Source: Eledone cirrhosa
Lineage: Eukaryota
Direction: 5' to 3'
NCBI GenBank assembly: GCA_964016885.1
Contig: OZ024741.1
Coordinates: forward strand, 8,246,001 to 8,310,000
Length of the DNA: 64,000 bases
Shown: one piece after another, positions 1 through 15,000 of the stretch
Position numbering within the stretch: position 1 is the stretch's first letter
How the letters are laid out: each line of letters starts with the position of its first letter
Program-made: the position numbers and the translations under genes
Notes under the pieces: model-generated
Seen by the model: only the letters and a program-made list of their open reading frames with translations
The model's database searches: none
What the model was told of the DNA's origin: nothing

Positions 1-3000
1 GACAGTGGGTCAAACAACCCCCGCCAGTACCCTCCATTTCTGACAGTGGGTCTAACAACCCCCGCCAGTACTCTCCATTTCTGACAGTGGTGTTAACAAC
101 CCCCGCCACTACTCTCTATTTCTGACAGTGGTCTAACAACCCCCGCCAGTACTCTCCATTTCTGACAGTGGGGCTAACAACCACCGTCAGTACTCTCCAT
201 TTCTGACAGTGGGCTAAAACCCTCGCCAGTACTCTCCATTTATGACAGTGGGGTTAACAACCCTCGTCAGTACTCTCCATTCCTGTCAGTGGGTTTCATC
301 CCCCGCCAGTACTCTCCATTTCTGACAGTGGGGCTAACAAGCCTCGTCAGTACTCTCCATTTCTGACAGTGGAGCTTACAACCTTCGCCAGTACTCTCCA
401 TTTCTGAACGCGGGGTTAACAACCCTCGTCAGAATTCTCCATTTCTGACAGTGGGGCTAACAACCCCCGCCAATACTTTCCATTTCTGACTGGGTCTAAC
501 AACCCTCGTCAGTACTCTCCATTTCTGACATTGGGGCTAACAACCCCCGTCAGTCACTCTCCATTTCTGACAGAGGGGCTAACAACCCCCGTCAGTACTC
601 TCCATTTCTGACAGTGGGGCTAACAACCCTCGTCAGTACCCTCCATTTCTGACAGTGGGGCTAACAACCCTCGCCTGTACTGTCCATTTCTGACAGTGGG
701 TCTAACAACCCCCGCCAGTACTCTCCATTTCTGTCTGTGGGTCTAACAACCTCCGCCAGTACTCTCCATTTATGACAGTGGGTCTAACAACCCCCGGCAG
801 TACTCTCCATTTCTGACAGTGGGTCTAACAACCCCCGCCAGTACTCTCCATTTCTAACAGTGGGGCTAACAACCACCGTCAGTACTCTCCATTTCTGACA
901 GTGGGCTAACATCCCTCGCCAGTACTCTCCATTTCTGACAGTGGGGTTAATAACCCTCGTCAGTACTCTCCATTCCTGACAGTGGGGTTATCATCCCCCG
1001 GCAGTACTCTCCATTTCTGACAGTGGGGCTAACAACCCTCGTCAGTACTCTCCATTTCTGACAGTGGTGTTAACAACCCTCGTCAGTACTCTCCATTTCT
1101 GACAGTGGGGCTAACACCCCTCGACAGTACTCTCCATTACTGACAGTGGGGCTAACAACCCTCGTCAGTACTCTCCATTTCTGACAGCGGGGTTAACAAC
1201 CCTCGTCAGAATTCTACATTTCTGACAGTGGGGCAAACAATCCCCGCCAATACTTTCCATTTCTGACTGGGACTAACAACCCTCATCAGTACTCTCCATT
1301 TCTGACAGGGATGTTAACAACGCTCGTCAGTACTCTCCATTTCTGACAGTGGGGCTAACAACCTCGACAGTACTCTCCATTTCTGACAGTGGGGCTAACA
1401 AGCCTCGCCAGTACACTCCATTTTTGACAGTGGGTTTAACAACCCTCGCCAGTACTCTCCATTTTTGACAGTGAGTCTAACAACCCTCGCCAGTACTCTC
1501 CATCTATGACAGTGGGGCTAACAACCTTCGACAGTACTCTCCATTTCTGACAGTGGGGCTAACAACCGTCGCCAGTACTCACCATTTCTGACAGTGGGAT
1601 TAACAACCTTCTCCAGTACTCTCCATTTCTGAAAGTGGGGTTAACAACCCTCGCCAGTACTCTCCATTTCTGATAGTGGGCTAACTCCCCTTGTCAGTAC
1701 TCTCCATTTCTGAGAGTGGGGCTAACAACCCTCGCCAGTACTCTCCATTTCTGACAGTGGGTCTAAGAACCCCCGCCAGTACTCTCCATTTCTGACAGTG
1801 GGTCTAACAACCTCCGCCAGTACTCTCCATTTCTGACAGTGGGGTTTACAACCCTCGACAGTACTCTCCATTTCTGACAGTGGAGTTAAGAACCCTCGCC
1901 AGTACTCTCCATTTCTGACAGTGGGGCTAACAACCCTCGCCAGTATTCTCCATTTCAGACAGTGGGGCTAACAACCCCCGGCAGTACTCTCCAAGCTGAC
2001 AGTGGGGTTAACAAACTCCGCCAGTAATCTCCATTTCTTACAATGTGTCTAACAAGACCCGCCAGTACTCTCCATTTCTGAGAGTGGGGCTAACAAACCA
2101 CGCCAGTACTCCCAATATTTCTGACAGTGGGTCAAACAACCCCCGCCAGTACCCTCCATTTCTGACAGTGGGTCTAACAACCCCCGCCAGTACTCTCCAT
2201 TTCTGACAGTGGTGTTAACAACCCCCGCCACTACTCTCTATTTCTGACAGTGGTCCTACAACCCCCGCCAGTACGCTCCATTTCTGACAGTGGGGCTAAC
2301 AACCACCGTCAGTACTCTCCATTTCTGACAGTGGGCTAAAACCCTCACCAGTACTCTCCATTTATGACAGTGGGGTTAACAACCCTCGTCAGTACTCTCC
2401 ATTCCTGTCAGTGGGTTTCATCCCCCGCCAGTACTCTCCATTTCCGACAGTGGGGCTAACAAGCCTCGTCAGTACTCTCCATTTCTGACAGTGGAGCTTA
2501 CAACCTTCGCCAGTACTCTCCATTTCTGAACGCGGGGTTAACAACCCTCGTCAGAATTCTCCATTTCATACAGTGGGGCTAACAACCCCCGTCAGTACTC
2601 TCCATGTCTGACAGTGGGGTTAACAAACTCCGCCAGTAATCTCCATTTCTGACAATGGGGTTACCAACACCCGCCAGTACTCTCCATTTCTGTTAGTGGG
2701 GTTAACAACTCCCGTAAGTACTCTCCATTTCTGACAGTGGTGTTAACAACCCCTGCCAGTACTCTCCATTTCTGACAGTGGTGCTAACAACCCCCGCCAG
2801 TACTCTCCATTTCTGACAGTGGTGCTAACAACGCTCGCCAGTACTCTCCATTTCTGACAGTGGGGCTAACAAACCCCCGCCAGTACTCTCCATTTCTGAG
2901 AGTGGTGCTAACAAACCCTGCCAGTACTCTCCATTTCTGACAGTGTGTCTGACAACCCCCGCCAGTACTCTCCATTTCTGACAGAGGGTCTAACAACCCC

Positions 3001-6000
3001 CGCCAGTACTCTCCATTTCTGTGAGTGGGTCTAACAAACCCTGCCAGTACTCTCCATTTCTGACAGTGGTCTAACAACCCCCGCCAGTACTCTCCATTTC
3101 TGACAGTGGGGCTAACAACCACCGTCAGTACTCTCCATTTCTGACAGTGGGTTAAAACCCTGGCCAGTACTCTCCATTTATGACAGTGGGGCTAACAAGC
3201 CTCGTCAGTACTCTCCATTTCTGATAGTGGAGCTTACAACCTTCGCCAGTACTCTCCATTTCTGAACGCGGGGTTAACAACCCTCGTCAGAATTCTCCAT
3301 TTCTGACAGTGGGGCTAACAACCCCCGCCAATACTTTCCATTTCTGACTGGGTCTAACAACCCTCGTCAGTACTCTCCATTTCTGACAGTGGGGCTAACA
3401 ACCCCCGTCAGTACTCTCCATTTCTGACAGTGTTGGCTAACAACCCTCGTCAGTACTCTCCATTTCTGACAGTGGGGCTAACAACCCCCGTCAGTACTCT
3501 CCATTTCTGACAGTGGGGTTAACAACCGTCGACAGTACTCTCCATTTCTGACAGTGGAGCTCACAACCCTCGCCAGTACTCTCCATTTCTGACAGTGGGT
3601 CTATCAAGCCCCGCCAGTACTCTCCATTTCTGACAGTGGGGCTAACAACCCCCGGCAGTACTCTCCATTTCTGAGAGTGGGGCTAACAACCCCCGTCAGT
3701 AATCTCCATTTCTGACAGTGGGGTTAACAACCTCCGTCAATACTCTCCATGTCTGACAGTGGGGCTAACAATCCCCGTCATTACTCTCCATTTCTGACAG
3801 TGGGGCTAACAACCCTCGTCAGTACTCTCCATTTCTGACAGTGGGGTTAACAACCCTCGTCAGTACTCTCCATTTCTTACAGTGGTGTTAACAACCGTCG
3901 ACAGTACTCTCCATTTCTGACAGTGGAGCTCACAACCCTCGCCAGTACTCTCCATTTCTGACAGTGGGGCTAACAACCCCCGTCAGTACTCTCCATTTCT
4001 GACAGTGGGGCTAACAACGCTCGCCAGTACTCTCATTTTCTGATAGCGGGGCTAACAACCATCGCCAGTACTCTCAATTTCTGACAGTGGGCTAACAACC
4101 ATCGCCAGTACTCTCCATTTCAGACAGTGGGGCTAACAACCCCCGTCATTACTCTCCATGTCTGACAGTGGGGTTAACAACCCCAGCCAGTACTCTCCAT
4201 TTCTGTTAGTGGGGTTACCAACCCACGCCAGTACTCTCCATTTCTGTTAGTGGGGTTAACAAATCCCGTAAGTATTCTCCATTTCTGACAGTGGAGTTAA
4301 GAAGCCTCGACAGTACTCTCCATTTCTGACAGTGGTGTTAACAAACCCCGTCACTACTCTCCATTTCTGACAGTGGTGTTAACAACCCCCGCCACTACTC
4401 TCCATTTCTGACAGTGGTGTTAACAACCCCCGTCACTACTCTCCATTTCTGACAGTGGTGTTAACAACCCCCGCCACTACTCTCCATTTCTGACAGTGGG
4501 GTTAACAACCCCCGCCACTACTCTCCATTTCTGACAGTGGGTCTAAAACCCTCGCCGGCACTCTCCATTTCTGACAGTGGGTCTAACAACCCCCGCCAGT
4601 ACTCTCCATTTCTGACAGTGGTGCTAACAACGCTCGCCAGTACTCTCCATTTCTGACAGTGGGGCTAACAACCCCCGCCAGTACTCTCCATTTCTGACAG
4701 TGGTGCTAACAAACCCTGCCAGTACTCTCCATTTCTGACAGTGGGTCTGACAACCCCCGCCATTACTCTCCATTTCTGACAGTGGGTCTATCAAGCCCCG
4801 CCTGTACTCTCCATTTCTGACAGAGGGTCTAACAACCCCCGCCAGTACTCTCCATTTCTGAGAGTGGGTCTAACAACCCCCGCCAGTACTCTCCATTTCT
4901 GACAGTGTGTCTAACAAGCCCCGCTAGTACTCTCCATTTCTGACAGTGTGTCTAACAAGACCCGCCAGTACTCTCCATTTCTGAGAGTGGGGCTAACAAA
5001 CCACGCCAGTACACCCAATATTTCTGACAGTGGGTCAAACAACCCCCGCCAGTACCCTCCATTTCTGACAGTGGGTCTAACAACCCCCGCCAGTACTCTC
5101 CATTTCTGACAGTGGTGTTAACAACCCCCGCCACTACTCTCCATTTCTGACAGTGGTCTAACAACCCCCGCCAGTACTCTCCATTTCTGACAGTGGGGCT
5201 AACAACCACCGTCAGTACTCTCCATTTCTGACAGTGGGCTAAAACCCTCGCCAGTACTCTCCATTTATGACAGTGGGGTTAACAACCCTCGTCAGTACTC
5301 TCCATTCCTGTCAGTGGGGGTTTCATACCCCGCCAGTACTCTCCATTTCTGACAGTGGGGCTAACAAGCCTCGTCAGTACTCTCCATTTCTGACAGTGGA
5401 GCTTACAACCTTCGCCAGTACTCTCCATTTCTGAACGCGGGGTTAACAACCCTCGTCAGAATTCTCCATTTCTGACAGTGGGGCTAACAACCCCCGCCAA
5501 TACTTTCCATTTCTGACTGGGTCTAACAACCCTCGTCAGTACTCTCCATTTCTGACAGTGGGGCGAACAACCCCCGTCAGTACTCTCCATTTCTGACAGT
5601 GGGGCTAACAACCCTCGTCAGTACTCTCCATTTCTGACAGTGGGGCTAACAACCCCCGCCAGTACTCTCCATTTCTGACAGTGGAGCTCACAACCCTCGC
5701 CAGTACTCTCCATTTCTGACAGTGGGGCTAACAACCCCCGGCAGTACTCTCCATTTCTGAGAGTGGGGCTAACAACCCCCGTCAGTAATCTCCATTTCTG
5801 ACAGTGGGGTTAACAACCTCCGTCAATACTCTCCATGTCTGACAGTGGGGCTAACAATCTCCGTCATTACTCTCCATTTCTGACAGTGGGGTTAACAACC
5901 CCGGTCAGTACTCTCCATTTCTGACAGTGGGACTAACAACCCTCGCCAGTACTCTCCATTTCTGACATTGGGGCTAACAAGCCCCGTCAGTACTCTCCAT

Positions 6001-9000
6001 TTCTGACAGTGGGGCTGACAAACCCTCGTCAGTACTCTCCATTTCTGACAGTGGGGTTAACAACCCTCCTCAGTACCCTCCATTTATGACAGTGGGTTTA
6101 ACAAACTCGTCAGTACTCTCCATTTCTGACAGTGGGGTTAACAACCCTCGCCAGTACTCTCAATTTCTTTCAGTGGGGTTAACAACCATCGCCAGTACTC
6201 TCCATTTCTGACATTGGGGCTAATAATCTTCGCCAGTACTCTCCATTTCTAACAGTGGGGCTAACAACCCTCGCCAGTACTCTCCATTTCTGACAGTGGG
6301 TCTATGAACCCCCGACAGTACTCTCCATTTCTGAGAGTGGGGCTAACAACCCCCGTCAGTACTCTCCATTTCTGACAGTGGGGTTAACAACCCTCCTCAG
6401 TACCCTCCATTTATGACAGTGGGTTTAACAAACTCGTCAGTACTCTCCATTTCTGACAGTGGGGCTAACAACCCTCGCCAGTACTCTCCATTTCTGACAG
6501 TGGGGCTAACAACCCTCGCCAGTATTCTCCATTTCTGACAGTGGGTCTAAGAACCCCCGCCAGTACTCTCCATTTCTGACAGTGGGGCTAACAACTCTCG
6601 CCTGTACTCTCCATTTCTGACAGTGGGTCTAACAACCCCCACCAGTACTCTCCATTTCTAACAGTGGGGCTAACAACCACCGTCAGTATTCTCCATTTCT
6701 GACAGTGGGCTAACATCCCTCGTCAGTACTCTCCATTCCTGACAGTGGGGTTATCATCCCCCGGCAGTACTCTCCATTTCTGACAGTGGGGCTAACAACC
6801 CTCGCCAGTTCTCTCCATGTCTGACAGTGGGGCTAACAACCCTCGCCAGTACACTCCATTTCTGACAGTGGGCTAACACCCCTTGCCAGTACTCTCCATT
6901 TCTGACAGTGGGGCTAACAACCCTCGCCTGTACTCTCCATTTCTGACAGTGGGTCTAACAACCCCCGCCAGTACTCTCCATTTCTGACAGTGGGGCTAAC
7001 ACCCCTTGTCAGTACTCTCCATTTCTGAGAGTGGGGCTAACAACCCTCGCCAGTATTCTCCATTTCTGACAGTGGGTCTAAGAACCCCCGCCAGTACTCT
7101 CCATTCCTGACAGTGGGGTTATCATCCCCCGGCAGTACTCTCCATTTCTGACAGTGGGGCTAACAACCCTCGTCAGTACTCTCCATTTCTGACAGTGGTG
7201 TTAACAACCCTCGTCAGTACTCTCCATTTCTGACAGTGGGGCTAACACCCCTCGACAGTACTCTCCATTTCTGACAGTGGGGCTAACAACCCTCGCCTGT
7301 ACTCTCCATTTCTTGCAGTGAGTCTAACAACCCCCGCCAGTACTCTCCATTTCTGACAGTGGGTCTAACAACCTCCGCCAGTACTCTCCATTTATGACAG
7401 TGGGTCTAACAACCCCCGGCAGTACTCTCCATTTCTGACAGTGGGTCTAAAACCCTCGCCGGCACTTTCCATTTCTGACAGTGGGTCTAACAACCCCCGC
7501 CAGTACTCTCCATTTCTAACAGTGGGGCTAACAACCACCGTCAGTACTCTCCATTTTTGACAGTGGGCTAACATCCCTCGCCAGTACTCTCCATTTCTGA
7601 CAGTGGGGTTAACAACCCTCGTCAGTACTCTCCATTCCTGACAGTGGGGTTATCATCCCCCGGCAGTACTCTCCATTTCTGACAGTGGGGCTAACAACCC
7701 TCGTCAGTACTCTCCATTTCTGACAGTGGTGTTAACAACCACCGTCAGTACTCTCCATTTCTGACAGTGGGGCTAACAACCCTCGTCAGTACTCTCCATT
7801 TCTGACAGCGGGGTTAACAACCCTCGTCAGAATTCTACATTTCTGACAGTAGGGCAAACAATCCCCGCCAATACTTTCCATTTCTGACTGGGTCTAACAA
7901 CCCTCGTCAGTACTCTTCATTTCTGACAGTGGGGTGTTAACAACCCTCGTCAGTACTCTCCATTCCTGACAGTGGGGTTATCATCCCCCGGCAGTACTCT
8001 CCAATTCTGACAGTGGTGTTAACAACCCTCGTCAGTACTCTCTATTTCTGACAGTGGGGCTAACACCCCTCGAGAGTACTCTCCATTTCTGACAGTGGTG
8101 TTAACAACCCTCGCCAGTACTCTCCATTTCTGACAGTGGGGCTAACAACCTTCGACAGTACTCTCCATTTCTGACAGTGGGGCTAACAACCGTCGCCAGT
8201 ACTCTCCATTTCTGACAGTGGGGTTAACAACCGTCTCCAGTACTCTCCATTTCTGACAGTGGGGTTAACAACCCTCGCCAGTACTCTCTATTTCTGACAG
8301 TGGGGCTAACACCCCTTGTCAGTACTCTCCAATTCTGAGAGTGGGGCTAACAACCCTCGCCAGTATTCTCCATTTCTGACAGTGGGACTAAGAACCCCCG
8401 CCAGTACTCTCCATTTCTGACAGTGGGGCTAACACCCCTTGTCAGTACTCTCCATTTCTGACAGTGGGGCTAACACCCCTTGTCAGTACTCTCCATTTCT
8501 GAGAGTGGGGCTAACAACCCTCGCCAGTATTCTCCATTTCTGACAGTGGGTCTAAGAACCCCCGCCAGTACTCTCCATTCCTGACAGTGGGGTTATCATC
8601 CCCCGGCAGTACTCTCCATTTCTGACAGTGGGGCTAACAACCCTCGTCAGTACTCTCCATTTCTGACAGTGGTGTTAACAACCCTCGTCAGTACTCTCCA
8701 TTTCTGACAGTGGGGCTAACACCCCTCGACAGTACTCTCCATTTCTGACAGTGGGGCTAACAACCCTCGCCTGTACTCTCCATTTCTTGCAGTGAGTCTA
8801 ACAACCCTCGCCAGTACACTCCATTTCTGACAGTGAGGTTAACAACCCTCGTCAGTACTCTCCTTTCCTGACAGTGGGGTTATCATCCCTCGGCAGTATT
8901 CTCCATTTCTGACAGTGGGGCTAACAACCCTCGTCAGTACTCTCCATTTCTGACAGTGGTGTTAACAACCCTCGTCAGTACTCTCCATTTCTGACAGTGG

Positions 9001-12000
9001 GGCTAACAACCCTCGTCAGTACTCTCCATTTCTGACAGTGGAGCTAACAACCTTCGCCAGTACTCTCCATTTCTGACAGTGGGGCTAACAACCATCGCCA
9101 GTACTCTCCATGTCTGACAGTGGGGCTAACAACCCTCGCCAGTACTCTCCATTTCTGACAGTGGAGCTAACATCCCTCGCCAGTACTCTCCATTTCTGAC
9201 AGTGAGGCTAACACCCCTCGCCTGTACTCTCCATTTCTAACAGTGGGTCTAACAACCCCCGCCAGTACTCTCCATATCTGACAGTGGGTCTAACAACCTC
9301 CGCCAGTACTCTCCATTTATGACGGTGGGTCTAACAACCCCCGGCAGTACTCTCCATTTCGGACAGTGGGTCTAAAACCCTCGCCGGCACTTTCCATTTC
9401 TGAGAGTGGGTCTAACAACCCCCACCAGTACTCTCCATTTCTAACAGTGGGGCTAACAACCACCGTCAGTACTCTCCATTTTTGACAGTGGGCTAACATC
9501 CCTCGCCAGTACTCTCCATTTCTGACAGTGGGGTTAACAACCCTCGTCAGTACTCTCCATTCCTGACAGTGGTGTTATCATCCCCCGGCAGTACTCTCCA
9601 TTTCTGACAGTGGGGCTAACAACCCTCGTCAGTACTCTCCATTTCTGACAGTGGTGTTAACAACCACCGTCAGTACTCTCCATTTCTGACAGTGGGGCTA
9701 ACAACCCTCGTCAGTACTCTCCATTTCTGACAGCGGGGTTAACAACCCTCGTCAGAATTCTACATTTCTGACAGTAGGGCAAACAATGCCCGCCAATACT
9801 TTCCATTTCTGACTGGGTCTAACAAGCCTCGTCAGTACTCTTCATTTCTGACAGTGGGGTGTTAACAACCCTCGTCAGTACTCTCCATTCCTGACAGTGG
9901 GGTTATCATCCCCCGGCAGTACTCTCCAATTCTGACAGTGGTGTTAACAACCCTCGTCAGTACTCTCCATTTCTGACAGTGGGGCTAACACCCCTCGACA
10001 GTACTCTCCATTTCTGACAGTGGTGTTAACAACCCTCGCCAGTACTCTCAATTTCTGACAGTGGGGCTAACAACCTTCGACAGTACTCTCCATTTCTGAC
10101 AGTGGGGCTAACAACCGTCGCCAGTACTCTCCATTTCTGACAGTGGGGTTAACAACCGTCTCCAGTACTCTCCATTTCTGACAGTGGGGTTAACAACCCT
10201 CGCCAGTACTCTCCATTTCTGACAGTGGGGCTAACACCCCTTGTAAGTACTCTCCATTTCTGAGAGTGGGGCTAATAACCCTCGCCAGTATTCTCCATTT
10301 CTGACAGTGGGACTAAGAACCCCCGCCAGTACTCTCCATTTCTGACAGTGGGGCTAACACCCCTTGTCAGTACTCTCCATTTCTGACAGTGGGGCTAACA
10401 ACCCTCGCCAGTATTCTCCATTTCTGACAGTGGGTCTAAGAACCCCCGCCAGTACTCTCCATTCCTGACAGTGGGGTTATCATCCCCCGGCAGTACTCTC
10501 CATTTCTGACAGTGGGGCTAACAACCCTCGTCAGTACTCTCCATTTCTGACAGTGGTGTTAACAACCCTCGTCAGTACTCTCCATTTCTGACAGTGGGGC
10601 TAACACCCCTCGACAGTACTCTCCATTTCTGACAGTGGGGCTAACAACCCTCGCCTGTACTCTCCATTTCTTGCAGTGAGTCTAACAACCCCCGCCAGTA
10701 CTCTCCATTTCTGACAGTGGGTCTAACAACCTCCGCCAGTACTCTCCATTTATGACAGTGGGTCTAACAACCCCCGGCAGTACTCTCCATTTCTGACAGT
10801 GGGTCTAAAACCCTCGCCGGCACTCTCCATTTCTGACAGTGGGTCTAACAAGCCCCGCCAGTACTCTCCATTTCTAACAGTGGGGCGAACAACCACCGTC
10901 AGTACTCTCCATTTCTGACAGTGGGCTAACATCCCTCGCCAGTACTCTCCATTCCTGACAGTGGGGTTAACAACCCTCGTCAGTACTCTCCATTCCTGAC
11001 AGTGGGGTTAACAACCCTCGTCAGTACTCTCCATTCCTGACAGTGGGGTTATCATCCCCCGGCAGTACTCTCCATTTCTGACAGTGGGGCTAACAACCCT
11101 CGTCAGTACTCTCCATTTCTGACAGTGGTGTTAACAACCCTCGTCAGTACTCTCCATTTCTGACAGTCGGGCTAACACCCCTCGACAGTACACTCCATTT
11201 CTGACAGTGGGGCTAACAACCCTCGTCAGTACTCTCCATTTCTGACAGTGGAGCTAACAACCTTCGCCATTACTCTCCATTTCTAACAGTGGGGCTAACA
11301 ACCCTCGCCAGTACTCTCCATGTCTGAAAGTGGGGCTAACAACCCTCGCCAGTACTCTCCATTTCTGACAGTGGAGCTAACATCCCTCGCCAGTACTCTC
11401 CATTTCTGACAGTGAGGCTAACACCCCTTGCCAGTACTCTCCATTTCTGACACTGAGGCTAACACCCCTTGCCAGTACTCTCCATTTCTGACAGTGGGGC
11501 TAACAACCCTCGCCTCTACTCTCCATTTCTGACAGTGGGTCTAACAACCCCCGCCAGTACTCTCCATATCTGACAGTGGGTCTAACAACCTCCGCCAGTA
11601 CTCTCCATTTATGACGGTGGGTCTAACAACCCCCGGCTGTACTCTCCATTTCGGACAGTGGGTCTAAAACCCTCGCCGGCACTTTCCAATTCTGACAGTG
11701 GGTCTAACAACCCCCACCACTACTCTCCATTTCTAACAGTGGGGCTAACAACCACCGTCAGTACTCTCCATTTTTGACAGTGGGCTAACATCCATCGCCA
11801 GTACTCTCCATTTCTGACAGTGGGGTTAACAACCCTCGTCAGAACTCTCCATTCCTGACAGCGGGGTTATCATCCTCCGGCAGTACTCTCCATTTCTGAC
11901 AGTGGGGCTAACAACCCTCGTCAGTACTCTCCATTTCTGACAGTGGGGCTAACAACCCTCGTCAGTACTCTCCATTTCTGACAGTGGGGCTAACAATCCC

Positions 12001-15000
12001 CGCCAATACTTTCCATTTCTGACTGGGTCTAACAACCCTCGTCAGTACTCTTCATTTCTGACAGTGGGGTGTTAACAACCCTCGTCAGTACTCTCCATTT
12101 CTGACAGTGGGGCTAACAACCTTCGACAGTACTCTCCATTTCTGACAGTGGGGCTAACAACCGTCGCCAGTACTCTCCATTTCTGACAGTGGGTCTAACA
12201 ACCCCCGCCAGTACTCTCCATTTCTGACAGTGGGTCTAACAACCCCCGCTAGTACTCTCCATTTCTGACAGTGGGGCTAACAAACCACGCCAGTACTCCC
12301 AATATTTCTGACAGTGGGTCTAACAACCCCCGCCACTACTCTCCATTTCTGACAGTGGGGTTAACAACCGTCTCCAGTACTCTCCATTTCTGACAGTGGG
12401 GTTAACAACCCTCGCCAGTACTCTCCATTTCTGACAGTGGGGCTAACACCCTTGTCAGTACTCTCCATTTCTGAGAGTGGGGCTAACAACCCTCGCCAGT
12501 ATTCTCCATTTCTGACAGTGGGTCTAAGAACCCCCGCCAGTACTCTCCATTTCTGACAGTATGGCTAACACCCCTTGTCAGTACTCTCCATTTCTGACAG
12601 TGGGTCTAACACCCCTTGTCAGTACTCTCCATTTCTGAAAGTGGGTCTAACAACCTCCGCCAGTACTCTCCATTTATGACAGTGGGGCTAACAACCACCG
12701 TCAGTACTCTCCATTTCTGACAGTGGGCTAAAACCCTCGCCAGTACTCTCCAATTCTGACAGTGGGGTTAACAACCCTCGACAGCATTCTCCATTTCTGA
12801 CAGTGGGGCTAACAACCCCCGTCAGTACTCTCCATTTCTGACAGTGTGTCTATCAAGCCCCGCTAGTACTCTCCATTTCCGACAGTGGGGTTAACAACCG
12901 TCTCCAGTACTCTCCATTTCTGACAGTGGGGTTAACAACCCTCGCCAGTACTCTCCATTTCTGACAGTGGGGATAACACCCCTTGTCAGTACTCTCCATT
13001 TCTGAGAGTGGGGCTAACAACCCTCGCCAGTATTCTCCATTTCTGACAGTGGGTCTAAGAACCCCCGCCAGTACTCTCCATTTCTGACAGTGGGGCTAAC
13101 ACCCTTTGTCAGTACTCTCCATTTCTGACAGTGGGGCTAACAACCACCGTCAGTACTCTCCATTTCTGACAGTGGGCTAAAACCCTCGACAGTACTCTCC
13201 ATTTCTGACAGTGGGGTTAACAACCCTCGTCAGCATTCTCCATTTCAGACAGTGGGGCTAACAACCCCCGTCAGTACTCTCCATTTCTGACAGTGTGTCT
13301 ATCAAGCCCCGCTAGTATTCTCCATTTCTGACAGTGTGTCTAACAAGACCCGCCAGTACTCTCCATTTCTGAGAGTGGGGCTAACAAACCACGCCAGTAC
13401 TCCCAATATCTCTGACAGTGGATCAAACAACCCCCACCAGTACCCTCCATTTCTGACAGTGGGTCTAACCACACTCGCCAGTACTCTCCATTTCTGACAG
13501 TGGGCCTGACAACCCCCGCCAGTACTCTCCATTTCTGACAGTGGGTCTAACAAGCTCCGCCAGTACTCTCCATTTCTGACAGAGTGTCTAACAACCCCCG
13601 CCAGTACTCTCCATTTCTCACAGTGGGTCTAACAACCCCTGCCAGTACTCCCCATTTCTGACAGTGTGTCTAACAAGCCCCGCTAGTACTCTCCATTTCT
13701 GACAGTGTGTCTGACAAGACCCGCCAGTACTCTCCATTTCTAACAGTGGGGCTAACAACCACCGTCAGTACTCTCCATTTCTGACAGTTGGCTAACATCC
13801 CTCGCTAGTACTCTCCATTTCTGACAGTGGGGTTAACAACCCTCGTCAGTACTCTCCATTCCTGACAGTGGGGTTATCATCCCCCGGCAGTACTCTCCAT
13901 TTCTGACAGTGGTGTTAACAACCCTCGTCAGTACTCTCCATTTCTGACAGTGGGGCTAAGACCCCTCGACAATACTCTCCATTTCTGACAGTGAGGCTAA
14001 CAACCCTCGTCAGTACTCTCCATTTCTGACAGTGGAGCTAACAACCTTCGCCAGTACTCTCCATTTCTAACAGTGGGGCTAACAACCCTCGCCAGTACTC
14101 TCCATTTCTGACAGTGGAGCTAACATCCCTCGCCAGTACTCTCCATTTCTGACAGTGGGGCTAACACCCCTTGCCAGTACTCTCCATTTCTGACAGTGGG
14201 GCTAACAACCCTCGCCTGTACTCTCCATTTCTGACAGTGGGTCTAACAACCCCCGCCAGTACTCTCCATTTCTGACAGTGGGTCTAACAACCTCCGCCAG
14301 TACTCTCCATTCATGACGGTGGGTCTAACAACCCTCGTCAGTACTCTCCATTCCTGACAGTGCGGTTATCATCCCCCGGCAGTACTCCCCATTTCTGACA
14401 GTGGGGCTAATAACCCTCGTCAGTACTCTCCATTTCTGACAGTGGTGTTAACAACCCTCGTCAGTACTCTCCATTTCTGACAGTGGGGCTAACACCCCTC
14501 GCCAGTACTCTCCATTTTTGACAGTGGGGCTAACAACCCTCGTCAGGACTCTCCATTTCTGACAGTGGAGCTAACAACCTTCGCCAGTACTCTCCATTTC
14601 TGACAGCGGGGTTAACAACCCTCGTCAGAATTCTACATTTCTGACAGTAGGGCAAACAAGCCCCGCTAGTACTCTCCATTTCTGACAGTGTGTCTAACAA
14701 GACCTGCCAGTACACTCCATTTCTGAGAGTGGGGCTAACAAACCACGCCAGTACTCCCAATATTTCTGACAGAGGGTCAAACAATCCCCGCCAGTACCCT
14801 CCATTTCTGACAGTGGGTCTAACAACCCCCGCCAGTACTCTCCATTTCTGACAGTGGTGTTAACAACCCCCGCCACTACTCTCCATTTGTGACAGTGGGT
14901 CTAACATCCCCCGCCAGTACTCTCCATTTCTGACAGTGGGGCTAACAACCACCGTCAGTACTCTTCATTTCTGACAGTGGGCTAAAACCCTCGCCAGTAC